DNA of 57,716 nucleotides from Bacteroidota bacterium (GTDB taxonomy: Bacteria > Bacteroidota > Bacteroidia > Bacteroidales > VadinHA17), in NCBI GenBank assembly GCA_030706785.1, contig JAUZNW010000002.1:1-57716 (forward strand). The letters run 5' to 3'. Below, one piece after another: positions 9,415 through 19,734 of this stretch. The translations under genes were made by a program, and so were the position numbers. Numbering within the stretch: position 1 is the first letter of the stretch; each line of letters opens with the position of its first letter. A model generated the notes under the pieces. It had not been told where the DNA came from. It did not search any database and was given only the letters and a program-made list of their open reading frames with translations.

Positions 9415-10206
9415 ATGAACAACAGCAGATACAGGGGCAGACCGGCCAAACGATTTAAAGGTGAGGAAACGGGCGGCAGCCGGAAGGAGAATGTACATAT
9501 CCGGCTGAACAGGCTTATTGCTGCCAGCGGCATCTGCTCGCGGAGAGAAGCTGATGTTTTGATCAGGGACGGCTTAATAACAGTAAACGGGAAAACTGTC
9601 ACTGAACTTGGAACAAAGGTATCCACCGAAGATGATGTAAGATACAGGAACAGAAAGCTTAGGACTGAAAAAAAGGTTTATATACTGATGAACAAGCCAA
9701 AAGGTTATGTGACCACTGTAGAAGATCCGCATGCAGACCGCACCGTACTTGATCTTATTGGCGATGCCTGTCCAGAACGCGTATATCCGGTCGGCAGGCT
9801 GGACAAGTCCACAACCGGAGTACTGATGCTGACAAATGACGGCGAGCTTGCGGGTAAGCTGACGCATCCCAGGTACAAAAGGAAAAAGATCTATCATGTT
9901 TTCCTCGATAAGCCCGTAACCAGGAATGATCTTCAGAAGATATCCGGCGGGATTGATCTCGACGGAGAAACCGTAACTGCAGATTCCGTGGAATATGCTG
10001 ATCCTGAAGATAGAACCCAGGTGGGAATTGAAATACATTCAGGACAGAACAGGGTGGTCAGAAGAATATTCGAGAAATTAGGCTATAAGATAAAAAAGCT
10101 TGACAGGGTATATTTTGCAGGACTGACTAAAAAGAACCTTCCGCGGGGTAAATGGAGGTTTCTGAACGACAAGGAAATTATAATGCTGAAAAGGGGAATT
10201 TTTTAG
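9415..10206 (+). CDS. rRNA pseudouridine synthase, RsuA/RluB family (263 aa)
   Basis: Basic N-terminal extension, S4 RNA-binding domain (IRLNRLIAASGICSRREADVLIRDGLITVNG) and the catalytic motif VYPVGRLDKSTTGVLMLTNDG. Confidence 0.85.
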   Translation: MNNSRYRGRPAKRFKGEETGGSRKENVHIRLNRLIAASGICSRREADVLIRDGLITVNGKTVTELGTKVSTEDDVRYRNRKLRTEKKVYILMNKPKGYVTTVEDPHADRTVLDLIGDACPERVYPVGRLDKSTTGVLMLTNDGELAGKLTHPRYKRKKIYHVFLDKPVTRNDLQKISGGIDLDGETVTADSVEYADPEDRTQVGIEIHSGQNRVVRRIFEKLGYKIKKLDRVYFAGLTKKNLPRGKWRFLNDKEIIMLKRGIF

Positions 10207-10215
10207 GAAGGGAAG

Positions 10216-11094
10216 ATGAATCACAGATCAGGTTTTGTAAATATCCTTGGAAATCCAAATGTCGGGAAATCAACCCTTATGAACGCTCTGGTGGGGGAAA
10301 AGCTCTCCATCATCACTTCCAAAGTCCAGACCACACGTCACAGGATAATGGGCATTGTCAATGGTGACGATTTCCAGATTGTGTATTCCGATACTCCGGG
10401 CATTATAAAGCCAAAATACCGTTTGCAGGAGGCAATGATGAACTTCGTCAGCGTCGCCATGAATGATGCCGATATTATACTTTACGTTACTGACATCTTT
10501 GAAAAGCCAGGATCAGGTAACCGGCATTTAGAGAAAATAAAGGCATCAAGGGTACCTGTCATTATAGTTATTAACAAAATCGATCTGAGCAATCAGGCTG
10601 ATCTTGAAATGATCTCAGGACTCTGGAAAATGGAGTTTCCTTCAGCGTCGATTGTTCCTGTATCAGCCATTAAAGGCTTTAATACCGAAACACTGCTCCG
10701 GGAGGTTATAGAAAGGCTCCCCGAAGGTCAGCCATATTTCCCCAAAGGCCAGATTACCGACAGGTATGAACGGTTTTTTGCCTCGGAGATCATCCGGGAA
10801 AAAATACTTCTTAATTATGAGAAGGAAGTACCCTATTCGGTTGAGATCGAGATCGAAAGCTTCAGGGAAGAAGATAATCTGCTAAGGATAAGGGCTCTGA
10901 TCCACGTAATGCGCGACAGTCAAAAGGGTATTATCATCGGGCACAAGGGGCAGATGCTTAAAAAAGTAGGAACTCAAGCGAGGATCGAAATGGAGAGTTT
11001 TTTCAGGAAAAAAATATTTCTTGAACTATACGTTAAAGTTACGAAGGACTGGAGGGATAAACCTCAGGAGCTTAGGAAATTTGGCTATCGGTGA
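10216..11094 (+). CDS. era: GTPase Era (292 aa)
   Basis: G1 GNPNVGKST, G3 DTPG, G4 NKID, and a C-terminal KH domain (VEIEIESF...VMRDSQKGIIIGHKGQMLK). Confidence 0.92.
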   Translation: MNHRSGFVNILGNPNVGKSTLMNALVGEKLSIITSKVQTTRHRIMGIVNGDDFQIVYSDTPGIIKPKYRLQEAMMNFVSVAMNDADIILYVTDIFEKPGSGNRHLEKIKASRVPVIIVINKIDLSNQADLEMISGLWKMEFPSASIVPVSAIKGFNTETLLREVIERLPEGQPYFPKGQITDRYERFFASEIIREKILLNYEKEVPYSVEIEIESFREEDNLLRIRALIHVMRDSQKGIIIGHKGQMLKKVGTQARIEMESFFRKKIFLELYVKVTKDWRDKPQELRKFGYR

Positions 11095-11111
11095 CGAATA
11101 AATAATTTCGG

Positions 11112-11164
11112 ATTTCGGATTGAGGATTTCGGATTTTTTAAATCCGCAATCCGCAATCCGAAAT
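11112..11164. repeat. 53-nt imperfect hairpin built from tandem heptamers (TTCGGAT / ATCCGCA) between era and der
   Basis: ATTTCGGATTTCGGATTGAGGATTTCGGATTT - TTT - AAATCCGCAATCCGCAATCCGAAAT. About 23 of 25 positions pair. No downstream T-run. Confidence 0.8.
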
Positions 11165-11184
11165 AGCTAATATATGTTCAGTAC

Positions 11185-12489
11185 ATGGGAAGGATTGTTG
11201 CCATAGTAGGAAGACCTAATGTCGGTAAATCAACATTATTTAACCGGCTCACCGAATCGCGTGAAGCCATTGTAGACAAGGAGAGCGGAGTGACCCGTGA
11301 CAGGAATTACGGAACATCAACCTGGAATGGCATTGACTTCTCGGTTATCGATACAGGCGGCTATGTCAGGAACTCAGACGATATTTTTGAGGAGGAGATC
11401 AACAAGCAGGTCCTGCTTGCAATTGAGGAAGCTGACATCATTCTGTTCATGGTTGATGTAACATACGGGATACATGAACTTGACGCGGCTATTACAGAGC
11501 TTTTAAGGAAGATCGAAAAGAAAACATTTCTGGTTGTAAACAAGGTTGACAATGGTCAGCGTCTTCTTGATGCCGCTGAATTTTATCGGCTCGGCCTTGG
11601 CGATTATTTTCCCATCAGTTCGATAAACGGCAGCGGGACAGGGGAGTTGATGGATGCAATTGTCAGGAACCTCTCCGGTCAGGCCCCGGAATTAATTCCA
11701 GATATACCAAGGGTTGCGATCGTCGGCAGACCGAATGTCGGAAAATCATCTCTTGTTAATTCCCTCCTTGGAGAAGAAAGGAACATAGTCACCCCCCTGG
11801 CGGGGACGACCCGCGATTCGATCTATACCAGGTATAATAAATATAACCACGACTTCCTTCTTGTTGATACGGCGGGATTAAGGAAGAAGGCCAAAGTAAA
11901 TGAAGATATTGAATTCTATGCTGTGATGAGGGCGATCAAAGCCATCGAGAATTCAGATGTATGCCTTCTTCTGATCGATGCTACACGCGGTATCGAAGCT
12001 CAGGACATTAATATAGTCTCTCTTATCCAGAGAAACAGCAAAGGGATGATCATTCTTGTCAATAAATGGGATCTGGTTGAAAAGGAGAATAACACCGCTT
12101 TAATGTATGAAAAGGCCATACGAAGCAAGACTGCCCCTTTTGTTGACTACCCCATCATATTCATATCGGCAATAAACAAACAGCGTATTCACAGAATACT
12201 TGATCTCGTTGACAGGGTGAACAACAACAGGAGAAGGAAAATAGCCACATCTGAGCTGAATGAGGTCCTGCTTGGCATCGTCAGGGACAATCCTCCTCCG
12301 GCCGTAAGAGGTAAATATATAAAGATAAAATATGTAACCCAGCTTCCCACCTATTCCCCTTCATTTGCATTTTTCTGCAACCTGCCCCAGCATATTAAGG
12401 AACCATACAGGAGATACGTAGAGAACAGGCTTAGAGAACAATTTGACTTCTCAGGTGTCCCTCTTAAGGTATTTTTCAGAAAAAAATAA
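11185..12489 (+). CDS. der: Ribosome-biogenesis GTPase Der/EngA (434 aa)
   Basis: Two tandem GTPase domains, each with GRPNVGKS(T/S)L, DT(G/A)G and NK(V/W)D, plus a KH-like C-terminal domain. Confidence 0.92.
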   Translation: MGRIVAIVGRPNVGKSTLFNRLTESREAIVDKESGVTRDRNYGTSTWNGIDFSVIDTGGYVRNSDDIFEEEINKQVLLAIEEADIILFMVDVTYGIHELDAAITELLRKIEKKTFLVVNKVDNGQRLLDAAEFYRLGLGDYFPISSINGSGTGELMDAIVRNLSGQAPELIPDIPRVAIVGRPNVGKSSLVNSLLGEERNIVTPLAGTTRDSIYTRYNKYNHDFLLVDTAGLRKKAKVNEDIEFYAVMRAIKAIENSDVCLLLIDATRGIEAQDINIVSLIQRNSKGMIILVNKWDLVEKENNTALMYEKAIRSKTAPFVDYPIIFISAINKQRIHRILDLVDRVNNNRRRKIATSELNEVLLGIVRDNPPPAVRGKYIKIKYVTQLPTYSPSFAFFCNLPQHIKEPYRRYVENRLREQFDFSGVPLKVFFRKK

Positions 12490-12536
12490 GTTACTTTGGT
12501 GTGGTTTTTGTGAGAAAGTTGTATTATCCCATTTTG

Positions 12537-13058
12537 ATGAAAACAATAAACCGGCTTATTCCTGTAGCATTTGCCGTGCTTGCATTTGCTTGCGGAAAGA
12601 TCCAGTCGCTTCCCGACACGCCAAAGATAGAGTATACTGATTTCACTGTTTTTGACACAGTCGATATCCTGGGTAATGCGGCTAAGGGAGGCAGGCTCAA
12701 GTTTAAATTCGAGGATGGTGACGGGGACCTGGGGCTGCCCACTCCGGCAGCCGATTCAGAAAGCCTGGATGACTCAGTTAACCTGTTTCTTACGCTTTAC
12801 AGGATGAAGGATGGCGTTATGGGACTTGCTCCCGATAATGATCCGATGAAACCTTCAAATTACAGGATCCCTTACATGGAAGTGACCGGGCAGAATAAAA
12901 TACTCAAGGGGACCATCGCAGTCACCTTCTTCTATCTTTTTTACTCCAACAAGGATACTGTCAGGTATGATTTCTATGTAAAGGACAGGGCTCAGCATAT
13001 CAGCAATACCCAGTCCACAGCCACAATACCTCTTTATTATAACGGCGTATACAAATAA
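12537..13058 (+). CDS. Hypothetical lipoprotein (173 aa; the track ORF starts at a GTG at 12501, Met at 12537 preferred)
   Basis: MKTINRLIPVAFAVLAFAC-GK has a lipobox-like signal. No recognisable domain. Confidence 0.55.
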   Translation: MKTINRLIPVAFAVLAFACGKIQSLPDTPKIEYTDFTVFDTVDILGNAAKGGRLKFKFEDGDGDLGLPTPAADSESLDDSVNLFLTLYRMKDGVMGLAPDNDPMKPSNYRIPYMEVTGQNKILKGTIAVTFFYLFYSNKDTVRYDFYVKDRAQHISNTQSTATIPLYYNGVYK

Positions 13059-13066
13059 GAAGGAAA

Positions 13067-16000
13067 TCAGACCTTTACGCCCATAAACAGGACATCGTCA
13101 ACCTGATCATAATCACCCTTCCATTCTTTAAAAAAGGTAATCAGCTTTTCTTCCTGTTTGGCTACAGGCAACCAGGCAATTTCGCCGACAAGCTTTTTGA
13201 GCCTTGCGATTTTCATCTTCTTGCCTTCGGGTCCCCCGAACTGGTCGGGGAAACCATCGGAGAACATGTAGATAGCGTCTCCTTCCTTAAGATAGTATTC
13301 CTGGTCGTCAAAATATTTCTCAACTACTGACTGGCCTCCGACTGATGCCCTGTTGCCTTTTACATACAGCAACTCGCCTCCCAGAAAGAGAATGACAGGC
13401 CTCATTGCTGAAGCGAACCTGACATGCCTGTTATTGAGTGAGAATTCACAAACAACTATATCCATGCCATCGTTTGAGACTCCTGCCTCAAGGTTCTGGT
13501 TGAGTGTTGCAAAGACCTGCTTATCAAGTATTGTAAGGATCTCGGATGGCTTGGAGATCCGCTGTCTTGAAACAATATCCTGAAGAAGTGTTGAACCTAT
13601 CATCGACATGAATGCTCCGGGTACACCATGTCCCGTTGAGTCAGCACAGACCAGGATATATCTGTCGTCATCAAACTTATCAAACCAGTAAAAATCACCG
13701 CTGACTATATCACGCGGGTACAGCATTATAAATGCATCCCCGAAATGCTCCCTGAGTTTCTTTATGTCAGGGAGGATGCTTGACTGGATTCGCCTGGCAT
13801 AGTTGATACTGTCGGTGATCTCCAGATTCTGAATTTCAATCTCAGCTTTCTGCTTCATTACAACCCTGGTCCTTGCCTCAAGTTCCTTTTCAAGATATTC
13901 CTGAATTTTCTTCTGGGCTTTTTCCCTCTGGCGGACTACAAGGACAACAACTCCTGCAGCGACTCCAAACATCGACAAAATGAACCACCATGTTCTCCAG
14001 ACAGGCCTTTTTATGCTGATATCAAATGACAGGGGATTCTCCTGTGAAAGGCCATCCTCATTCACTGACATCATACTGAATCTGTACTTCCCGTCTCTCA
14101 GGCTGTAACTCACTTCCCTGTTGGACGATAAAGGAGTCCAATCATTATCATAATTTTTCATGAAGGTGCTGTAATACACCTTTTCGGGATTACTTAGAAA
14201 TATACCGGTGTAATTCACACGTACAGTATAATGTTTTTTATAAGGAAGGGAGAATGATGACTTGTACGGATATTCAACATCGTTAATAGTTATTGAATTG
14301 ATATTATTCACAGGTGCGACATTGGTCTGCCGGTCTTTGTTCCTGTCATAGGTGATCAGGCCTTCGGTAGTTCCGATAAGGATCATTCCATCAGTTGATT
14401 CATACATGCCTTCAGGGTTGCAGGACCCTCCGTTTGCAAAATCAGTGCTGTACACTTTTGTTATTCCTGTAGCAGGATTATACCTTGAAAAACCTCGTTC
14501 ATGCCCGATCCAGATGTTGTCTTCCCTGTCGGCAAGTATAGCATATGTATAGTTGTTAAGTAATCCATTTGAAATTCCAATTGGCCTGACAGAATCCCCA
14601 TGGCATTCAAATACACCGTTCCCGTAAGTGGCAACCCAGATATTTCCCTTGCTGTCTTTTGTGAGTGCGACCATTTTGTTCAGAAGTGTTCCGTACATTA
14701 CCGCATCCATAGCTATCACACCCGAATCCGGATCGATCCTGTAAAGCCTCTCACTCTCATTAGCTACATAGGCGCTTCCATCGTTTTCAAGAAGGATCTG
14801 GTTGATGCCTTTTGAAGGAAGGCCGTCATTTATGTCATAGCGCTTTTTTTGATTCCTGCTATTCTTTGAAATGATATAAACACCATTGAGGGTGGCAAGC
14901 CAGATATCATCGCCCATTACTCTGACTGAGTTTATAAAATCAGCTCCTTTATCACCTGATCTGTAGAACTGCTTAAGATTCCCATTAGGGTCCCTGAGGA
15001 ACAGCCCTGATCCTTCCGTTCCTATCCAGATGTTCTTTTCATCATCAATAAAATATGAGCTTACCCCAATCCGTCCTGCCAGTTTCGAAACCGATGTATA
15101 CGATTTAGGTTTTCCTGAGGCAAGGTCATACAGGTAAAATCCTTCAGGAGTTCCCAGGACATAATCCTCATTAAGCTTACCCGCAAAAATGATATTGTGC
15201 TTTTCACCAGGCAGAAGGAATCTGAATGCGTCAGTACCCAGCATAGATAATCCGTCACCATTGAATCCCAGCCAGATATTGTCTTCAGAATCCTGGAAAA
15301 CTGTCATGACATTATCACCGGGCAGCCCAGAAGCTTTATTAATAACCCGGGCTGAAATAAGAGAAGCTGAATTATCAGCAAAACGCATTCTGATTGTACC
15401 GTTCCCGGATGTTGAAACCCAGTAATTATACTGTCTGTCCCTGGTCACCGATTTAACTGTTACAGATTCGAGGGAGGGAAATCCGGCGAAACGTGAAAGG
15501 GTATCATGATCAGCTTTTAACTTCAATAAAAAAAGTCCGTTACCATCTGTGCCGACCATACAGGCTGAATCACCGGTTATAGGATTTATCGACATTATCC
15601 TGGAGTAATCAAATCCTTCAATGGTTTTTATCAGGGCCAGGGAATCCTTTACCAGCCTGCAGATCATCAGGTTTTCCTGAGTACCTAAAAGCATTTTACC
15701 TGAGCCCTGGAATGCTGCAGAGAACATATTGGGATCTGAACCCAATCCTACTATTGTTGCTTCAGGAGATTCTCCTGGATTTATCCTGTAAACAGGTTTC
15801 CGCTGGGGAATAATATAGATGGTACCGTCAGGACTTTCAATTATTGATGATATGCCAGTTCCGGAAGAATTAGGCAGGTCAACCTGTTTTAAATCCTTTC
15901 CGGATGCATAGAATAATGTCCCGTCATTACAGCCGAACCAGACCCTGCCGCTGCTGTCCTTCATTGAAAATGTCGTCAGCCGGCCGCTTGCAGAATCGGG

Positions 16001-16231
16001 AAACCATGTTTTATAAAAATTGAAGCCGTCGAACCTTAACAGACCCTCCGTGGTACCGATCCACAGATAACCCTTGTTATCCTGTGTGAGCGTATAGATC
16101 ACCTTGCTCGGAAGATTGTTCTCAAAGCCGTAATTTCTGAACCTGTATGTTTGCCCCGGCAGCAGTGCTGAGGATAAAAATAAGCACGCTATGGTGCTTA
16201 AACAGGCGCTCCGATTGACGTGTAATCTCAT
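13067..16231 (-). CDS. Membrane sensor phosphatase: beta-propeller (Reg_prop-like) repeats + Y_Y_Y domain + TM + coiled coil + PP2C/SpoIIE domain (1054 aa)
   Basis: The N-terminal ~640 aa hold repeated (D/N)..G.(I/L)W(I/V)(G/A)T propeller motifs. A Y_Y_Y-like segment follows (YYSTFMKNYDNDWTPLS...YSLRDGKYRFSMMSV), then the TM WWFILSMFGVAAGVVVLVV. The C-terminus has PP2C/SpoIIE motifs (SGDFYWF, CADSTGHGVPGAFMS, DGFPDQFGG). Confidence 0.8.
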   Translation of the reverse strand: MRLHVNRSACLSTIACLFLSSALLPGQTYRFRNYGFENNLPSKVIYTLTQDNKGYLWIGTTEGLLRFDGFNFYKTWFPDSASGRLTTFSMKDSSGRVWFGCNDGTLFYASGKDLKQVDLPNSSGTGISSIIESPDGTIYIIPQRKPVYRINPGESPEATIVGLGSDPNMFSAAFQGSGKMLLGTQENLMICRLVKDSLALIKTIEGFDYSRIMSINPITGDSACMVGTDGNGLFLLKLKADHDTLSRFAGFPSLESVTVKSVTRDRQYNYWVSTSGNGTIRMRFADNSASLISARVINKASGLPGDNVMTVFQDSEDNIWLGFNGDGLSMLGTDAFRFLLPGEKHNIIFAGKLNEDYVLGTPEGFYLYDLASGKPKSYTSVSKLAGRIGVSSYFIDDEKNIWIGTEGSGLFLRDPNGNLKQFYRSGDKGADFINSVRVMGDDIWLATLNGVYIISKNSRNQKKRYDINDGLPSKGINQILLENDGSAYVANESERLYRIDPDSGVIAMDAVMYGTLLNKMVALTKDSKGNIWVATYGNGVFECHGDSVRPIGISNGLLNNYTYAILADREDNIWIGHERGFSRYNPATGITKVYSTDFANGGSCNPEGMYESTDGMILIGTTEGLITYDRNKDRQTNVAPVNNINSITINDVEYPYKSSFSLPYKKHYTVRVNYTGIFLSNPEKVYYSTFMKNYDNDWTPLSSNREVSYSLRDGKYRFSMMSVNEDGLSQENPLSFDISIKRPVWRTWWFILSMFGVAAGVVVLVVRQREKAQKKIQEYLEKELEARTRVVMKQKAEIEIQNLEITDSINYARRIQSSILPDIKKLREHFGDAFIMLYPRDIVSGDFYWFDKFDDDRYILVCADSTGHGVPGAFMSMIGSTLLQDIVSRQRISKPSEILTILDKQVFATLNQNLEAGVSNDGMDIVVCEFSLNNRHVRFASAMRPVILFLGGELLYVKGNRASVGGQSVVEKYFDDQEYYLKEGDAIYMFSDGFPDQFGGPEGKKMKIARLKKLVGEIAWLPVAKQEEKLITFFKEWKGDYDQVDDVLFMGVKV

Positions 16232-16243
16232 CTGACCTTTCCC

Positions 16244-17245
16244 CTATTTTGTTTTTTTCCTGATAGTCACTACCGGCTGATATACGGGCACTCCTCCGAT
16301 CGGCGAGCTGAAGAACTGCAGTGCATCACCTCTCTGGTTCTGAAGCAGGACAACCACATTATTGTTCTTTACAAGAAATTCCTGTTTCTTGTGAAACTGG
16401 AAGTCAAGGGATTTACCAACTTCCTGAGGTTCAATCGGTATCTTTGATTCCGCCCAGTCATCCTCGTTGGAGATGGGAACCGATATGCCCTGTTTATAGG
16501 TCGATACAACAAGGATGGTCCCGTCGTCATCCCAGTCAAAATTCCTTTGCTTTATGGATACTATACCGGTATCCACATACGGGTAGATATGTGCCACACT
16601 CTTTGTATCGTTCCACATCCTGAACGTATATTCATATGTGAAAGCATTGGCGCCTTCGATGGCCAGATTGTTCTTTGCATCACTGCTCAGGAAATACCTG
16701 TACAGGTTACCGTCATCACCGCTTATCCCTTCACATATGATCTTGAAAATATAACTTTTCCATTTCTCATTGTAATCCCCCTCTGACGGGTTGAACGGGC
16801 CGAAGACATAGTAATTGTTATCGTACTTTTCGTCATTGCCGAATACCTTTGAGGCCAGCTGATTGCCTGATTTATAATTATCACCGGACTTTAGTCCCTT
16901 CGACTGTTCATTTTTGTCGGGATCAACTCCTTTCCCTCCATATATGGAGAACATGGTACGTGTATCCCAGAATCCCTGGATCTCATCATTTTCACCACTG
17001 CAGTCCGGATCAAAGACCTTAATGTAAAACTGCCTGTTATAATCTTTCGGGATTGTGAAAAAGAATACGGTATAAAAGTGATCATCGCCCCAGGATGTCG
17101 CGCCGTTCTTCCCGAAAGTAACAAGGAAAGGTATGTTTTCATCCTTTCCCGGGACTGCCTGTCCGAATGTTTCCGTCGACAGCAATGCCGTTGAAAACAC
17201 TGTAAAAATCAGGATATTAAGTATTGCAGTATGTAGTTTCATCAA
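16244..17245 (-). CDS. Secreted protein of unknown function (333 aa)
   Basis: Signal peptide MMKLHTAILNILIFTVFSTALLS. I recognise no domain. Strong coding periodicity and tight operon packing. Confidence 0.6.
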   Translation of the reverse strand: MMKLHTAILNILIFTVFSTALLSTETFGQAVPGKDENIPFLVTFGKNGATSWGDDHFYTVFFFTIPKDYNRQFYIKVFDPDCSGENDEIQGFWDTRTMFSIYGGKGVDPDKNEQSKGLKSGDNYKSGNQLASKVFGNDEKYDNNYYVFGPFNPSEGDYNEKWKSYIFKIICEGISGDDGNLYRYFLSSDAKNNLAIEGANAFTYEYTFRMWNDTKSVAHIYPYVDTGIVSIKQRNFDWDDDGTILVVSTYKQGISVPISNEDDWAESKIPIEPQEVGKSLDFQFHKKQEFLVKNNNVVVLLQNQRGDALQFFSSPIGGVPVYQPVVTIRKKTK

Positions 17246-17289
17246 GTACGGTTATTTTTTGCTCTCACTATCATTGTTGACTTTCACTC

Positions 17290-18723
17290 TCATCTCTTTC
17301 GTGCTATTGTAATCTTTCTTGAAACGCATGCTTCCTTAACTGCTCCATCCGGTCCCGGTTTTGAAGTCACGATCAGCTGAATGCTGTAATCACCCGGACG
17401 GGCATAGGCTTTATTCACATTCTTCCCAATGGCAATGCTCTCATCGTCAAAGCTCCAGTAGTATCTTGATATATCCCATCCGGGAAGATTGGTGCTGTCG
17501 GCATTGAGTGTGATCATTTTGCCCGCATCCGCCGTCAGTGGTCCGGATATATAAGGCTGAACTATATCCTCAACAACCAGTGTCTGGGATTTCTCGTTGA
17601 CTGTTTCCTTGTTTGTGACCTCATTTGTCACATCAAGCTGAACCAGGTAGGTACCCGGGCCTTTGTAGCAATGTTCAACCTGGCTACCTTTGGCCGTTGT
17701 GCCGTCACCAAACCTCCACAGGTACAGGAACGGGATTGAATCATACTTCACCGCATTCTCTTCAATGAACTCATAACAGTAGTTATTCTTTTCCAGCTCA
17801 TTACAAGAGCTCTTCCTTATTACAGTGATTTCAAATTCATAAATATCGTCGTTCCTCCGGCGGTTTGAAGCAAAATAGCCTGCCTGAAGATCAGGCTGAG
17901 GATAAAACGCGAAATCGTCAGAGGAGGAATTTATTGGAGGTGCGAGTCTTACAGGTGTGTCCCAGGAACCGTTGACTTTTTCACTATAATAAACATCAAG
18001 GCCGCCCATGCCCCCGGGTCTGTCGGATGTGAGATAGAGCTTCCCGGCAGGGTGTATGCACGGATAATTGTCTGTACCCGGAGAATTTATCTCAGGTCCC
18101 ATATTTACAGGAGCGCTCCATTCGCCGTTGACCGATTCGCAATACCAGATGTCTGATTTACCCTGTCCGCCCGGCATATCAGAGGCAAAATAGAGGTACT
18201 TTCCATCTGAGCTGATGGAAGGCTGACCTATATTATAATCTGGATTATTATATTTGAAAGGCTTGACAGATTTCAGTTCCTGCCCCACCAGTTCGCCTGT
18301 AAATATCCCGCTATGATTTTTAAACTTCCTGCTTCTGGAAGGAACACCGGTTTCTATTTCGCTTGTGAAATAGATTGTTTTACCATCTGGCGCAATGCAG
18401 AGGGGACCGCTGTTGAACTGAGCGCTTCTTTCGCTTTTCACCTGGACAGGCTTTCTCCAGTCGGCAGTATCTCTCTTTTCAGCAATATAAATATTGTAAA
18501 GACGCCTGTTGTCGAATGAAGTGCGGTCGGTGATGCCGCTGAGGCGCCTGTCGGAGCAGAAGATAATTCCATCCTTTATGATTACAGGTGATATCTCGCT
18601 GAATGACGAAGTGTTGAGTGACAGCCTGGTGACCTTATATGCCGGTGCTTCCTGTGCTGACAGAGTAAATCCTGCCAGGAAGGCCATAAGTGAAAAAAAC
18701 AGTATTGCTGGTCCATTTCTCAT
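17290..18723 (-). CDS. PD40 (TolB-like) beta-propeller repeat protein with two C-terminal PKD domains (477 aa)
   Basis: Signal peptide. Repeated ..S.DGK.(I/L)YF(T/A)S.. PD40 motifs. Two PKD-like modules (WRFGDGTTAKGSQVEHCYKGPGTYLVQLDVTN; YWSFDDES...KAYARPGDYSIQLIVTS). Confidence 0.75.
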   Translation of the reverse strand: MRNGPAILFFSLMAFLAGFTLSAQEAPAYKVTRLSLNTSSFSEISPVIIKDGIIFCSDRRLSGITDRTSFDNRRLYNIYIAEKRDTADWRKPVQVKSERSAQFNSGPLCIAPDGKTIYFTSEIETGVPSRSRKFKNHSGIFTGELVGQELKSVKPFKYNNPDYNIGQPSISSDGKYLYFASDMPGGQGKSDIWYCESVNGEWSAPVNMGPEINSPGTDNYPCIHPAGKLYLTSDRPGGMGGLDVYYSEKVNGSWDTPVRLAPPINSSSDDFAFYPQPDLQAGYFASNRRRNDDIYEFEITVIRKSSCNELEKNNYCYEFIEENAVKYDSIPFLYLWRFGDGTTAKGSQVEHCYKGPGTYLVQLDVTNEVTNKETVNEKSQTLVVEDIVQPYISGPLTADAGKMITLNADSTNLPGWDISRYYWSFDDESIAIGKNVNKAYARPGDYSIQLIVTSKPGPDGAVKEACVSRKITIARKR

Positions 18724-18728
18724 CCCCG

Positions 18729-19733
18729 TCAGAAATATCTTGGATTAGCGGCACTTACCTTGTACCTGAATTCGTACCTCAGAACAAGTTCGGTTGAGCC
18801 TTTTGAGTATGAATTCATTCTCCCGAAAGGATAATCATATGATAACCCGAACATCAGCTGCTGGTTTAGCTGAACCTGGACAATGCCGACTGCCACCTGT
18901 TCTGACAGGCGCCACGATCCGCCGACCCAGATAAGGTCAGCAATGATGAAGTTGCCGTTAACGTCAAGCTGGGTAAGCTTCCTTGTTTTATCGAGTGAAT
19001 AGTCCACAAGGACAGACGGCCTGAACTTTAAAATGGGCGAGAAGGAGATCAATGCGCCGGTTGAGAAAAGGAAATCGTACTGGCTGAAACTGTGATAAGG
19101 TATTGCAGAACCGCTGCTGTTCCTCCTGTAATTGAGAAACGCTGGAATTGAAAGACCCGCAAAGAACCTGTCTGAAAAATAGTATACACCAGTTCCGACG
19201 TTCGGCAGGACCAGCGCTTTGTCGTTTGTTTTAAATACAGGATCGTTGGGATTGTTAAGTATTAATCCTGTATAATCAGTATTGGAGATATCAACTCCAC
19301 CTTTCAGGCCGAATGACAATTTACCTTTTTTCAGCTTTATGTGGTAGGCATAGTCACCGTAAATAGATGTTGATTTTGTTACGCCATATTGCATGAACTG
19401 CGCTGAAAGCCCAAGTGCCACCTTGTCATTTTTGAGGGGTGAATGGAAAGAAACTGACTGGACCACCGGTGAACCCTTCGTGCCCAGCCATTGCATCCTG
19501 TATGACAGGAAGGCGCTCAGTACTTCCCGCGTACCTGCATAGGCAGGATTTATAACCAGTCCGTTCTGCAGATACTGGCTGTAAACCGGGAATCCAAGGT
19601 TTATTCTGGACGAGTCAGGGACATTCTGGCCCGAGGTAATATTAATGACCACCAGTAACAATATCAATCCGGCCTGAAGCTTTTTAAAAATATTGAATTT
19701 ATATACTGGCAATATGTCCCTGATGCAAAACAT
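18729..19733 (-). CDS. PorP/SprF-family type IX secretion membrane protein (334 aa)
   Basis: Family hallmark YSQYLQNGLVINPAYAG near the N-terminus, beta-barrel-like alternating pattern and a typical length. It starts 1 nt after the stop of a type-B CTD cargo gene. Confidence 0.85.
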   Translation of the reverse strand: MFCIRDILPVYKFNIFKKLQAGLILLLVVINITSGQNVPDSSRINLGFPVYSQYLQNGLVINPAYAGTREVLSAFLSYRMQWLGTKGSPVVQSVSFHSPLKNDKVALGLSAQFMQYGVTKSTSIYGDYAYHIKLKKGKLSFGLKGGVDISNTDYTGLILNNPNDPVFKTNDKALVLPNVGTGVYYFSDRFFAGLSIPAFLNYRRNSSGSAIPYHSFSQYDFLFSTGALISFSPILKFRPSVLVDYSLDKTRKLTQLDVNGNFIIADLIWVGGSWRLSEQVAVGIVQVQLNQQLMFGLSYDYPFGRMNSYSKGSTELVLRYEFRYKVSAANPRYF

Positions 19734-19734
19734 A

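Noticed and set aside
12443-12640. Alternative ORFs at the der 3' end (12443-12640, and the GTG start at 12501 of the lipoprotein ORF).
   Set aside because: The Met at 12537 gives a canonical lipoprotein signal peptide directly. The upstream extension adds a non-signal-like leader and crowds the der stop codon (der ends at 12489).
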